Shown here in pieces: positions 22,901-33,000 of a DNA stretch of 64,000 nucleotides; position 1 is the first letter of the stretch, and each line of letters begins with the position of its first letter. Source of the stretch: a virus. The notes below the pieces were generated by a model that saw nothing but the letters and a program-made list of their open reading frames with translations, made no database searches and had not been told where the DNA came from. The translations under genes and the position numbers were made by a program. The DNA is taken from positions 26,929 through 90,928 of the IMG/VR virus record IMGVR_UViG_3300020045_001434; one strand, 5' to 3'.

Positions 22901-25018
22901 TGGTTCTTGTAAAGATAATACTTCTAAATTAGATATTTTATTACGCATACCATGTTCAGTACTAGTATCTAAAGCATTAGCTTCTTGACGTAAATGTTCC
23001 AACTTAGTAGCTTTAGTTAATCTACTAACACTAAGAGTTGATATTTCAGTTTCTAAACGTTCAATATTTTTATTATGTTCTGTATTAAGATGATAGTATG
23101 CTTGAGCATCTGTAGGAAGATTATTTAATGTAGCTTGTACATCCATATCAATATCCTTTGGAGTTACATCATCTTTAGAAAACTTATTGATACTTTGAGT
23201 ATTCAATTGTATTAAAGTTTTAGCTAATGCAATTTGCATATTAGTGTGTCTATCAAATTCTAAATCTCCAGTTCTAACTTTAGACAGTTCTTCTGAAAAT
23301 AATTTATTACCACTATTTAATGATGATGCAACTTCTTTAATAGTATTCTGAATATCTTTTGTAAGACCATATTCATTTACGAAAGAAGCTAACGATGGAT
23401 CTTTTAAATCCATGTTAGCCATATTATTCAAAGCATCTATTGTAAGTTCAGAATTACCTGATGATGCAGATTCATGTAGTAGTCGAGCTTTTAATTTATT
23501 TACAGCAACCTCAGCAGATAGTTTAGAAGTTTTATCTCCATTACCCATATATCTAGCAATTTCTTTTATAGAATTTGTAGTATTACTCATACTTTCTACA
23601 AAATCATTTACTGTATTTTCAATGTATTTATGTTCTGATTTATCAAAGAATTTATTTTTAGTAGCATGATAAACTTCAACTCCACCTTCCATTGCTACAC
23701 CACCTAAAGCTCCACCAATAAAAGATTCCCAATTCTTAGCAACTTTATGATGTTCTAGTAATCTACCTAGTAATGTAGAATTATCTTCTTTTACAAGACC
23801 TCTATCTTTTAATGCTTGATGTTTTCCCTCAGACATAAAGAAGTCCATAAAAGTTTCATCAAAACCTTCTGACATACTAACTTTAGCAAAGTCACCAAAT
23901 TTACTAAGTATTTGTTTATTGATAGTAGAACCAAAAGTTTGTGCTGTTAATCCATCCCCTACTAATTCTTTAAGTTTAGAATTTTTAAATAATTGACTAT
24001 CTATTCTACCTCTAAGACCTTTATCAATACTACCCAATGTTTTACTAAATGTCATCCATTGAACCATATCAAATATAACATTAGCATGAGAATATAAATA
24101 TCCTTTATGTGCAGTATCAGCAGCTAATGATTTAGCTTCTTTATCTCCTAGTATATCTTTATAAGTATTATAAGTATTATCATATTCTCCATAGGCAGAA
24201 CGCATACTATCAAGATTACGAGAAGCTATTGCAGGTAAAATAGCATCCATAAATAAATTACCTTTACCTGCAATTTTAGAACCTCTATTTATAATATTAC
24301 TATACTCTAAAGCTCCTTTTCCACTCATAGCAAATCTATCAGCAATAGCCCCAAATTCTCCTAGTCTTGCAACTTTAGATAACCCAGAAATATCACTAAC
24401 AGCTGCTGCTAATCTTCCAGCTCTAGTTGCAACATTAGCAAATTCTAATAACTTCATTTCTCCCATTACTGGTAGAAGTATAGTAGCACTAGATACAATA
24501 CTAGGAGTAAGTCCTGCCCAAAATGTAGCATCAGTCATAGCTGCGCCAACACTATTCATTTCTCTAGCATCTTGAGTTTTATAAATAGGAGCGTATTCAT
24601 TACCCATTTCAGTAATATTATTACCTAATTCTTCTACAAAATTTCTAGTGAAAGCATCTTGTGTCCCTGTAAGTTTATCAATTATAGATTTAGGATTTAC
24701 AATAGCTTCTCCTACAGTTCCTATAGCTTCTATTAAACCTCCAGTTAATTCAGTAAGAGCATTAACTCCAGCTTTACCTGTAAGTTCCCATCCAGTTTGA
24801 TTCTTTGCAACATTTTCTCTAGTTTCATCAAAATTTAATGGAGTCATTAATTTATTAGGATTACCTTCAAAAAACTGTTTATCATATCTCATAGTAGGAG
24901 TATTTTGAGTAACAGATTTATAAGCTGATTCTCCTCTATGAATATCTACAGGTTTAATTGAATTTAAATAATCACTAGTAGATGTTTGTATTTGTGGGTC
25001 AGTTGTATTTATTGACAT
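16934..25018 (-). CDS. Giant virion cargo (ejection) protein, 2694 aa, with internal SH3-like and PD-(D/E)XK domains and a C-terminal zincin motif
   Basis: Gly/Ala-rich hydrophobic N-terminal segments; GTIDLLLLD...YDIKTSK...QVNTYAYLL; MIHEHYHA...QELFTYMTNP; adjacent to the RNAP gene. Confidence 0.75.
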   Translation of the reverse strand: MSINTTDPQIQTSTSDYLNSIKPVDIHRGESAYKSVTQNTPTMRYDKQFFEGNPNKLMTPLNFDETRENVAKNQTGWELTGKAGVNALTELTGGLIEAIGTVGEAIVNPKSIIDKLTGTQDAFTRNFVEELGNNITEMGNEYAPIYKTQDAREMNSVGAAMTDATFWAGLTPSIVSSATILLPVMGEMKLLEFANVATRAGRLAAAVSDISGLSKVARLGEFGAIADRFAMSGKGALEYSNIINRGSKIAGKGNLFMDAILPAIASRNLDSMRSAYGEYDNTYNTYKDILGDKEAKSLAADTAHKGYLYSHANVIFDMVQWMTFSKTLGSIDKGLRGRIDSQLFKNSKLKELVGDGLTAQTFGSTINKQILSKFGDFAKVSMSEGFDETFMDFFMSEGKHQALKDRGLVKEDNSTLLGRLLEHHKVAKNWESFIGGALGGVAMEGGVEVYHATKNKFFDKSEHKYIENTVNDFVESMSNTTNSIKEIARYMGNGDKTSKLSAEVAVNKLKARLLHESASSGNSELTIDALNNMANMDLKDPSLASFVNEYGLTKDIQNTIKEVASSLNSGNKLFSEELSKVRTGDLEFDRHTNMQIALAKTLIQLNTQSINKFSKDDVTPKDIDMDVQATLNNLPTDAQAYYHLNTEHNKNIERLETEISTLSVSRLTKATKLEHLRQEANALDTSTEHGMRNKISNLEVLSLQEPILLAIDKDIANKQKQVLDTNALHEQTINSLPNKESYKDDVDHILNTEKQARNIFTDKSSLVEVLRNENNSLESDIKYYNSKDGLANEQKAYKAAIESQNDRFISDFQSELAKTKTKEDVDTLLSSYVSNNKNLDSKINKLGSKEQITVSETIRNLAEKRKGEFVATIKNDSEKDSNVSNVQETIIKPEITTEENIPVESETIVTSEVEVEQRISSTLASTGDATNIVTTLSNNNESFNVGDNVYAKSGKGMTQITYPIKGFKGNKFVILEINGKDTDVNINNVSKTLPGKFVDTELSRAIEKLSNSIEFNEATHKYNYKGETVQNTSSASSLKMDEMSVEERQAFSESNKHDRGSDVGNQVDILIRDFFTDKTNLKSNSSYGFTNNEVFDNFISYLESLEQQFNAKGLKVLASNIKLFDKLSGVAGTIDLLLLDSNNNVYIYDIKTSKQLKTNKFFSRVSNLSKFVTQVNTYAYLLKKLIPNIDINIVEVGIIPIDVTYNNASTKSIVEISKIEPASLANKMINTKALSNVQIANNRGEIFYDTQNDNSIITFKPSDSAFDGIAADGITPLKTKLGIKDPESIDLKTTTGLNDLSKRYTDVLDLINNVISKSDADQNQGLKNLRSMIGGVFSFTNNIDGTNGLVISKLYEFLVSNYIQQKSLEGVVLDSQYRWTFEQLWDVMFTKAAVEDLSKIYIQKGNTSYNANEEFANIKPYLQDIFNNNELQLLNTHKGLTSKAASILENSSPKLRVLSGEILGLINNASLSVEKYDSLLSSINDKVLLVQKLLDFKKYKTYNNEYELTFKDVITIVIDSYNIQNDSEANTNKQPKDLNKLLATLPNIFEAIKNDLNYQLNNILAIERTNSGNNVYIDTDKLITTTETIDTPKGKQTINREVENPNYLMPYRKGEIREYIEWSDANIEGARYDNRSRYYHLLNQFNAINIDSKYNKSDSSNYISKVLNEYSTEQLENTSLIYTEINPTALDVEMIDGVITEESNTIYDVISQIKSNDNITLQLNSKNEIEVIHDLLPIPIAIMSNIANNYGDLTLVNNNDDYKGFKDLIDNPRFKTLLQTKFANTDLSILESLKQLYKHKLTKDSTNRSDKDKQYSKDRYYQAIKDIQNTDSEIFNSIRELIDLFNITNKDNNATLEHNIPTIEAVLNIMFYGQHINYIDSFKPSYNTITNNINNFDTITKDKLDKYNNTKSLLAESKTSKAAISEISMPSILIKPNKAKFKSIKDSITQSVVNGKSSVPIIIYKNGILKNAETGEIYNDFELSKIYQSGKEGMYMLIPSTDGRVSHFPLKTNTLEKSYTNVGDGADYNKTSTGNPKAIKWVTKTILDNIKQVNELVSPAYTYQVGARDNDIRSAATEVQDRRDTISTTLKESISQSGLANIIIIGQGSNDSASYPYFSHDIFKSKDGLSLEQTIKFKSLNPETTAFGVDEFIFHKIVITEELGVRGKEFKAYNLTINPIKLAAKYTKNGILDKESYNKAISSALGDLNNVNVDISSMNDNIDKAVANYSDDFINSVLNHEVYKPINNLLRQNKYDEKGKMIFANNESTFIDPITGVEYNNETSNGAIKYALDTDGLYNNVDVITRKDSNGNIKNLSNLDLINGAGLKIGIDLVNVTSIQKGIIENPIAIVSNLIQYTNPEVLPLANGVIELQRILGDEIKEDVTIENYGERNVADTLADIVPVSVSPSTINFRLTYRDRFIATAKSKNLMYNPFVTMIHEHYHAILTSITEFSKLDDIAKKALITKNNNLVSEFIESFENDFNKYFYKSDLVPNVAAANELLKIFGTEDITFVQSTITGFIGQVKNELERISKKGDNTEFVSDQMAQELFTYMTNPYIMSVLSVVKPSYKYERETTNETFLDKFIDYIIKMYNNIVNALGSSYNFKVSNENYTKIAKDILSDYYSQLNETIKVTPTVTTETTDITEPIVTEKVRPQRKPRASTILSSDLVMSDNKFIFTEKANHRDDNNEILC
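18801..18830 (-). repeat. 30-bp dispersed motif, copy 2 (inverted, intragenic)
   Basis: Reverse complement reads CCAAGTAGGAGCGAGGGACAATGACATTCG. Confidence 0.9.
22238..22267 (+). repeat. 30-bp dispersed motif, copy 3 (intragenic)
   Basis: CCCAGTAGAGGCGAGGGTAGAGGAGATTCG, followed by TTGC as in copy 1. Confidence 0.85.
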
Positions 25019-25022
25019 AATA

Positions 25023-27581
25023 TTATTGTTGACTTATAGCAAATGAATTAATAATTCCTTGATGTACTTCAGTAGACATTCCTTCAATATTAGCTTTAGT
25101 AGCTCCTAGTTCAGTAACAATATCGTTTATATCAGATACTCTAAATTTAGGACTTACTGTACCTTTACTAAGATTCCTAATAAAAAATCTATGTTCTCCT
25201 TTATTTCCAGTAACTGTAACTTCTAGATTATTATCAGGAAGTGGTACTTTTATAACAGAAGCTACATGATTTTTATCACTTTTAATTTGTTCTAATTCAT
25301 CATATATACTTAATCCTCTAGTAGATTTAATATCTTCTCCATATTTTCTAGCAAGTTTAGTGGCGGTACTTAATGCTTCTGAACGAGTTACAGGACTTCT
25401 AAATCTAGGAGCTTGACTATTTAAATCTTCAATATCTGATTGTTTTACTAAAGACTCATTACCTTCATATCTAACAATTATTGATTTCATCTTTTGTCCA
25501 ATAACTGTTCCAGTATCATTTTTCTTATCTAATACTGGATATGTAATTTGATAATAATGACCACCATCTTTTTTAAATCCATTCATTATAGCTTTACTAA
25601 TATCAAATGAAGATAAATTATAATTATCAGATTCAAGATTATCTTTAATCCTACTAATGTCTACACCTAGAGCATTAAAGTCTACTTGATTTCCATTAAT
25701 ATCAGTTAAAGCTCCACTAAGTCCTGATTGAATTATATTTTTATTTAAGTTCATATTTGTAGGACTAGCATCTCCAGTATGATTAACTACAGTCATAGGA
25801 ACTACAAATTTCTCAGGATCATTATCTTTTACTTGATCAATAAGATTATATCGTTGTTTATCTAATCTAGCAAATAATTGTTTTTTACCTTGTGCGGATA
25901 ATGCAATATCTTTAGAAAATTGTTTATATATATCTTCATTAGATTTAAATAAATCATTAGGTTTTATATTGGATAATACATATTGACCTATAATTTTAGT
26001 TCGCCTTTCAATATCTAATGGTTGTTTATTATTAGTTCTAGTATCAGCAAATTGTAATTTAGTTAATAATTCTTTTTTAGTTATACCTCCTTCTACAAAT
26101 GTAGTATAAGCATCAGTTCCAGGTAATGACCAAGCTTTCCTAACAATAGATTTTCTTTCATTATCATCAATATTATTCCATCTATTTTGAGCTATAGAAA
26201 CTGCATTATCTTTTGCATTACTTAGTATTTTATATTGAGCTAACAATCCTCCACTAAGTTTTCCAGATTTATTTAAATTATCTAATACATCGTATTGTTT
26301 AGATAAATCGCTATTAGGATTTACTAAACTATTAGCTAATTCAATTGTATTGCTACCAATATCATTAGAACTAACATTATTAACCATAATCTTTTTAGTT
26401 TGGTCTTTTAATAAATCTAGAATATGATTATCAAAATAATGTTTATCTTGTTTAGTACCACGTTCTTCAAATGTATCCGCATATTTTATAATGGCATCTT
26501 TTTGTAATTTTGAAGTAGTATTATAGTATATATTTTCTAATACATTAGTAGGTTGACTAAACAATTGAGTTCTACCTTCATTAATAATATCTTGATTAGC
26601 TAAAAGCTTTTCATAAGATTTATTAAATTGAGCAGAACTAATTTCATTATTTTCATATTTTTGTTTTAATTCATTTACAGTATTTTGAAAAGTAGGACTT
26701 AATGTTGCAGATAATTCATTCTCAAATTTACTACCAATTCCATGAGCCAGTACACTAACATCTTGACTATTAACTTCAAATCTACCAGTATTTTTATAAT
26801 GACTTAATTCAGCAGTTTCTCTGAGTTTAGTATTAAAATCAACATCTGTAGCTAAATAATTAGAAGCCATTTCTTCAAGCCTAGCTTTACTAAGACTAGT
26901 AGTTTCTATTTTAGTTTCAGATTCTAAACTATGAGCTAAAACTCCTTTAATAACTGGATCGTTTATAAGTTCTATATCATTTCTATCTACATAAGTTTTA
27001 CCTCCAAAACTAGTACTAACAAAGGCTTTCATTTTTCCAGCAATTTCTTCAATACGTTTCTTTTCATCTTCAATATCAAGATTGCTTTGTGGAGTAAAAG
27101 TTTGTAATGCTTGAATAGTTCCATCTTTACCAACAGTACCTCCTTGTTTACTATAACCATACATAATCTTAGCTTTATAAAAATCTTTAGCTAATCTTAA
27201 TGCTGGTTCTTTTTCAGCACGTTTATCATACTCAACTTCCCAATTCTGTATAGTAGCAACATTTGATTGTAACGCTTTTAATTTAGAATTATTAGTTACA
27301 TGATTAGCAACATCCATAACTGTTCCAGTAGCATTATGCCAATCATCATTTTCTTTTATAGATTTAAAACTATCTTCAATATATACACTTTCTTCCTGTA
27401 ATATTTTATCGTCTAAATCTTTATTAATTACTGGCATACTATTTAATGCTGTATTTATTTTAGAAGCATTATCTTTAGCAGCCCAGTATCGTTGAGTTAA
27501 GGTATTACCAACTTCTTTTATAGCTTCAACTGGAGCACCTACCCTATCAGGAACTCCAGTTACAATATTTAATTTAGGCAT
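25023..27581 (-). CDS. Putative virion cargo/ejection protein
   Basis: 852-aa helical ORF between the other cargo genes; call rests on synteny only. Confidence 0.55.
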   Translation of the reverse strand: MPKLNIVTGVPDRVGAPVEAIKEVGNTLTQRYWAAKDNASKINTALNSMPVINKDLDDKILQEESVYIEDSFKSIKENDDWHNATGTVMDVANHVTNNSKLKALQSNVATIQNWEVEYDKRAEKEPALRLAKDFYKAKIMYGYSKQGGTVGKDGTIQALQTFTPQSNLDIEDEKKRIEEIAGKMKAFVSTSFGGKTYVDRNDIELINDPVIKGVLAHSLESETKIETTSLSKARLEEMASNYLATDVDFNTKLRETAELSHYKNTGRFEVNSQDVSVLAHGIGSKFENELSATLSPTFQNTVNELKQKYENNEISSAQFNKSYEKLLANQDIINEGRTQLFSQPTNVLENIYYNTTSKLQKDAIIKYADTFEERGTKQDKHYFDNHILDLLKDQTKKIMVNNVSSNDIGSNTIELANSLVNPNSDLSKQYDVLDNLNKSGKLSGGLLAQYKILSNAKDNAVSIAQNRWNNIDDNERKSIVRKAWSLPGTDAYTTFVEGGITKKELLTKLQFADTRTNNKQPLDIERRTKIIGQYVLSNIKPNDLFKSNEDIYKQFSKDIALSAQGKKQLFARLDKQRYNLIDQVKDNDPEKFVVPMTVVNHTGDASPTNMNLNKNIIQSGLSGALTDINGNQVDFNALGVDISRIKDNLESDNYNLSSFDISKAIMNGFKKDGGHYYQITYPVLDKKNDTGTVIGQKMKSIIVRYEGNESLVKQSDIEDLNSQAPRFRSPVTRSEALSTATKLARKYGEDIKSTRGLSIYDELEQIKSDKNHVASVIKVPLPDNNLEVTVTGNKGEHRFFIRNLSKGTVSPKFRVSDINDIVTELGATKANIEGMSTEVHQGIINSFAISQQ

Positions 27582-27608
27582 ATAATTTAATTTTATAGAA
27601 TTAATATA

Positions 27609-29858
27609 TTATTTTTTAATATAGGCTTTAGGTGTTGCTTTACCATAAATAGTACCTTGTGGTTGATTAAATGGAACTATAGAATTTTTAGTCATATAGT
27701 AAGATATTTCAGCATCGGATAAACCTTTGTTTTTTAGAGTATTTAATTTAGTTGTATTATCCATAGCATTAAGTTCATTACGATTAATACCATATTTAAC
27801 TTCAAGATTAATTAAATCATTTACTCCTTTAGGATTCATTGATTGATATAAACTAATTTGTTTATCTTCGGATACTCCTTGACGATAATTGGTTATAACT
27901 TTATCTAAATCAGAAGTTAATCCGGCAGTTATAGCTTGTTGATTATTTATGTCATCACTAGATTTAGCATATTGTGCTTGTTGGCTTTGTAATAATCCTG
28001 CTTGATTTTGAGCTTCAACTCCTAATCTACGACTAATATTAGCATTAATTATATTAGCATTTGTAGCATCTTCTTGCTGATTAACTTGTGACAATTCATC
28101 TATACTTTGATTTCTAGTATTTTGCATAACTGATGCAGCAACTTGAGGATTAGCAAAGTTTTGTTTAGCATAAGTATTTAAAGCTTTTTCACTTTCAGTA
28201 ATACCACTTCTAGTAGCTGACATATTTACTAAGGGAGTATCTTGTGTTTTAAGTGGTACATACATTGGAGTTTGTAACTTAGCCATATTTTTAGCAGCAT
28301 TCACGTTACCTAATAAATTAATTGCCGCTGATGCAGTCCCCATTATAGCTTGACCAGTATTTGATTGAGCAAATCTATCAGCTTTTTCACCAAAACCTTT
28401 AAGATTAAAAGATTTTTTAGTTTCAGTTATAGGAGTTTGAGTTTTAGTTGTACTAGATACTACTGAAGTAGGAGTACTTAATTTAGGTAAATTTACTTTA
28501 ACCATACTAGGAACTTTAGGAAATAATGTACTAGCTGAAACAGGAGTATCTTTACCTATAGCGTTATAGTCATTAAAATCAGAATCTTGAACTAACATCC
28601 CAGTAACATTATCTTTATGATATCCTCCCCATTTCATTTGAGGTTGACCTTGAGATTCTTCAATACTATTACTAGTTGTATCTTTAGGAGTACCATCTTC
28701 ATTATATAATCCCATTTGTTTACCAACTTGTAATTGAGTTTGTTCAAGATTATCTAATTGAGAATCTATTTGTTGTTTAATTTGTTCAAGATTATTAATT
28801 TTAGTTTTATTAGAACTAATTGCTCTAGCATTAGAATTAGCTTTTGGTATACTAGCAGATTTATTTAATGCAATACTTGATTTATCTATAGCTAATAATT
28901 TAGAACCAATTTGTTTTTCTATAGTAGCTTTTTGATTAGTTATTTCTTTAGCATCATCTCCAAAACTTCTACCAGTTTGAGGATTAACTAATTGATGAGA
29001 ATATATAAATTGACTACCATCAGGTTTTTGCCTAATCATTTCACCTTTTTCTACTTCAACATTTCCAGCATCTACTCCACCTTGAGCATGACTACGACCA
29101 TTTACTTGAATAACGTCTTCTGTTTTTTGTTGTAAATCTTGACCATCAGCAGGAATAGTCATTCCATTTTTACCACCATTTGCATAGAAAGAAGTCATAG
29201 GAGTATTGACACCAAAGTTTCTAGCACTTACTCCCTCAGCATCTAAACGTTGAGTCATTTGTATAGCATTATTTTTACTAGTTAAAGCATTTTGTTCAGC
29301 AACTTGTTTCTTTTGTGCAGAATTTTGAGCAAACATATTATATACCCCCATACCTAATTGAGCAACTCCTAATGCAGCACCTAAAAACATTTTAGGTTTT
29401 GGAATATTTTCTCTATATCCTGCGCCAATAGAATTAGTAACAGGATAATTAGTTTTCATAGCTTTATCAAACTCTTCTTTAGTAATATCTCTAGTTAAAG
29501 TTTCAGGATTATATAAAGCTTTTTCTTCAGGAGAAAATTGACCACTATCATAAAAGTTTTTATCTGTAGTATGAGTATATGTAGTAGGAATATCAGTTAT
29601 AATAGTTTTAGATTGTTTAGGTAAAGACTTGATATACTCATGAACAATACCTACTTTTTTATCAAATGCTGCTGCTCTAAATCCTTCTGGAGTTTGAGCA
29701 TATTTGACATTATTATCTGTCATATATTTTTTAGCAGCTTCCCAACCATTAGATAAAATATTATCTACATCTTTAGAGTATTCATCTAAATAATTATTAT
29801 TTTTATATCCCCAAAATTTATTATTTATAGGAGTTGCAAAATTAATTTTCTTAGCCAT
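27609..29858 (-). CDS. Putative virion cargo protein (crAss-like)
   Basis: GRSHAQGGVDAGNVEVEKGEMI...YS motif typical of crAss-like cargo proteins; Gly/Ala amphipathic segments; coiled coil. Confidence 0.65.
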   Translation of the reverse strand: MAKKINFATPINNKFWGYKNNNYLDEYSKDVDNILSNGWEAAKKYMTDNNVKYAQTPEGFRAAAFDKKVGIVHEYIKSLPKQSKTIITDIPTTYTHTTDKNFYDSGQFSPEEKALYNPETLTRDITKEEFDKAMKTNYPVTNSIGAGYRENIPKPKMFLGAALGVAQLGMGVYNMFAQNSAQKKQVAEQNALTSKNNAIQMTQRLDAEGVSARNFGVNTPMTSFYANGGKNGMTIPADGQDLQQKTEDVIQVNGRSHAQGGVDAGNVEVEKGEMIRQKPDGSQFIYSHQLVNPQTGRSFGDDAKEITNQKATIEKQIGSKLLAIDKSSIALNKSASIPKANSNARAISSNKTKINNLEQIKQQIDSQLDNLEQTQLQVGKQMGLYNEDGTPKDTTSNSIEESQGQPQMKWGGYHKDNVTGMLVQDSDFNDYNAIGKDTPVSASTLFPKVPSMVKVNLPKLSTPTSVVSSTTKTQTPITETKKSFNLKGFGEKADRFAQSNTGQAIMGTASAAINLLGNVNAAKNMAKLQTPMYVPLKTQDTPLVNMSATRSGITESEKALNTYAKQNFANPQVAASVMQNTRNQSIDELSQVNQQEDATNANIINANISRRLGVEAQNQAGLLQSQQAQYAKSSDDINNQQAITAGLTSDLDKVITNYRQGVSEDKQISLYQSMNPKGVNDLINLEVKYGINRNELNAMDNTTKLNTLKNKGLSDAEISYYMTKNSIVPFNQPQGTIYGKATPKAYIKK

Positions 29859-29895
29859 AATATATTGTGTTGTTATAGTTTAATATAAATAGTAA

Positions 29896-29929
29896 AGAGT
29901 ATAACTATTATTTCTAATAATTATACTCT
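29896..29929 (-). terminator. Hairpin/terminator downstream of the tail stabilization gene and micro-ORF
   Basis: AGAGTATAA-c-TATTA / TAATA-a-TTATACTCT stem. Confidence 0.6.
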
Positions 29930-29941
29930 AATTAAAATAGT

Positions 29942-29986
29942 TTAGCACTTCTTACCAGTACCTTTTTTTGGAGCTTTAGGTTTCAT
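29942..29986 (-). CDS. 14-aa basic micro-peptide MKPKAPKKGTGKKC (not in the ORF track)
   Basis: ATG-to-TAA frame read by hand, with genome-typical codons, filling the gap between the 30023 gene and the hairpin. Confidence 0.55.
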   Translation of the reverse strand: MKPKAPKKGTGKKC

Positions 29987-30022
29987 AGAACTACAATTTA
30001 GTTTATTACTTAAATGATTGAA

Positions 30023-33000
30023 TTATCTATTATCAGGTTTATATTTAATATATAAGTCTTGTAACATTAATCTAGGTTTATATGTGGTATCTCCTAGGTC
30101 TATCACACTCTTTTGTTTACCATCCTTACTATAGTATAGATTATCGAAAAACAATGTAACACAGACAAATGTACTCATTATTTTTGATATATCAAACCAT
30201 TCTTTATTGTGAGATATATTATTATCTAAATCTCCGACTAAAAAGTTTACAAAGCCATCTAAGAAAGGTTTATGATTATTTACAACATAATCATCAAGTT
30301 TATTAAATATCCACATTTCTTCTTTATAAACTCCACCACTTGTATCATAAAAATTATCATTTAAAAAGATACTCATTTCATCAGTACATTGAGTATCATT
30401 ATGAACAAATAATTTAGTAAATGATTTATCATATATATCAAAATTATTTATTAAGCATTTAGTATTCCAATAAATACTTTCCCAAAGTTTATTTATCCCA
30501 GGTTCTTCATTATAATAAAATGATAATATCATTTGATTAATTATATTATTTTGAGTATGTTTTAAATCACTATACTCTCCGGATACAGATTTATCATATT
30601 TAAATAGTCTTAATACAGTATTTCTAAGAACTAAAAAATAAGTTCTATTACGAGTATATAAACCATAGTAATATTTATAGAAATGAAACGAGTACCAATT
30701 TTCTATTTCAGGAACATAACTTAAAGTATAATCTTGACCAATAGAAAGTATTAATCTTTTAGTATCAATATCATAAGTTATAAAACAACCATCTCCAATA
30801 AATGGGTTATTACCTTTAAGATGTTCTTTAAACCAATTTTTATTTTTACCTTCACTAATAAGTTTTACATCATTATCTGTAACTAAAGATATTATACCTT
30901 GAACATTATCAATAGTCCAAAAACCTTTATCATTTATACCACAATTAAAATGACTTTCACAACCAATAAATCCATATTTAGTAGGTATTACTTCCACTGG
31001 TTGTCTATCAAATAATTCTCCACTACCTACATAAGTAGTACCTTCTTGATAATTAATAACATCTTTTACAGAAGCAATAGCTAAACCTAATTCTTGTTGA
31101 ATATACATATTTTTATAAGTAGATTCAATATTACGAATAGCTCCTCTATTATAAGGCATGTCGTAATAATCTAATGCTAGATATTTTCTAAATCCTAATT
31201 GATTAGATTCAGAATTACTTATTATTGATTTAACTATTCTAGAATTATATTTATTAGATGCTTTCTTACGTTCTAAATCATTTACTATATCTACTGGAGT
31301 AACTAAATTTTCATTATTCTGTAGATGATAAACTTTGTTATAGCCTTCTTGTTCAGAAGTTTTAATCGGGTTATCATATTTAGGATAAGTACCTTTCCAA
31401 TATCTAGCATGAATATTATATTTAGATTCAACTAAAAATCTAATATTATATTCAGTTTTAATAGTATCTAAATAAGGTTCATCAAATAATTTAGATGTAT
31501 CAAATACTGGGAGTTTAGCTATAGAATTAGGAGTATTAGGTACTAATCTTTTAAATCTAAGATAAAAATCTGAATAAAAAGTATCACCTTTAACTATTAT
31601 TATGGTATCAACTATTCTATTAATACTTGTACATAATATTAAAGTTTCTTCATATATGTTAGAATAATAATCTGTAGTAGGATTATATACATTACATCTA
31701 AATATTCTTTTAGCATTATCAGTATTTACTACTCCATTTTTAGCTACTGTAAAATTTGTAGAGTTATCTTCTAATTTTAGTTCTCTAGCACTTTCTTGAT
31801 AAAAATTATGAATTGCTATATTGTTATCCTCTAATAACTGTTGTTCTGATATATTACTATTAGCTATATATTTCTTTTCGTCAATAGTAGTATTATATGA
31901 TACCCATATAGAACTACCTCTAGTAGTACTGTAAGAACCACCTTTATAAATACCTTGTAAATAAGAAGCATAATATCTAGATATAACTTCTATTTTAGTA
32001 TTTGTAGGAAAATTAGAATTACGATTAAATAAATCTTCAAAACTATAAAATCTAACAGGATATTTATCTGTTTTTAAAAGACCATGATTAAAATAAGAAT
32101 ATTCACTATATTGTTGGTCGTCCCAATATACATAAGGATTACAAAACCAATATTTAGATAGTTCATCTACAACTCCAGCTTCTATAGTTTTTTGTAAAGA
32201 ACCTGCTGTAGCTAAACCTTGAGTATATATTTTAGAATTACTATTATTTCTTTCAGCTCTATGAATACACCAAAAACCTATATTATTATACATACTACCA
32301 AGTAATGCAATTATATTACTAGGAAGTTCTACTTCAATATCATTAATTGTATAATTTATATGTGTATCATCTGCTACAGCTGAATTTTCATCAGGTATTA
32401 AATAAGCGTAATCTAATATTGTAGCAGTACCATCAGTACTAGGAGTTATACTATTAACTACAACTTTAGCAGAACCTCTACTATAAGTACCACCACTTTC
32501 AGGAGAACTTATAAGTTTATATACATAACTTGTATTTGCTAATACTATTGCTGTAAGATTTCTAACTGTTATAACAACACTATTATTCGACATTATAGAA
32601 TATGTTGTTTCAGTATAACTTATAGTTGTATCAACACTAACAATTTTATTTAAAGTAAATATATGATTTAGATAGGCATTATCACTCGTAACTTTACAAG
32701 TAATTGCTGTAACAGTAGATGAAACTTTAGTTAATCCTCCAGATAAATTATTAGTATTTATAGGATAACTTCCAATAACATTACCTTTTTTATCTCCTAT
32801 AGTAAAATATAAAGCATATACTTCATTACTTTGAAATTTTATAAATTGTTTAGAATAAATATCTTTAGAATTTATATAATCTGTATTAGCAGGAGTAGTA
32901 AAATTTAAATTTGTAGTTACTAATTTTAAAGATAAATTATTAGCAATATTTTTAGCAATAGTATCAAATTGATTTATAACATTAGATTTTATATTAGCTC

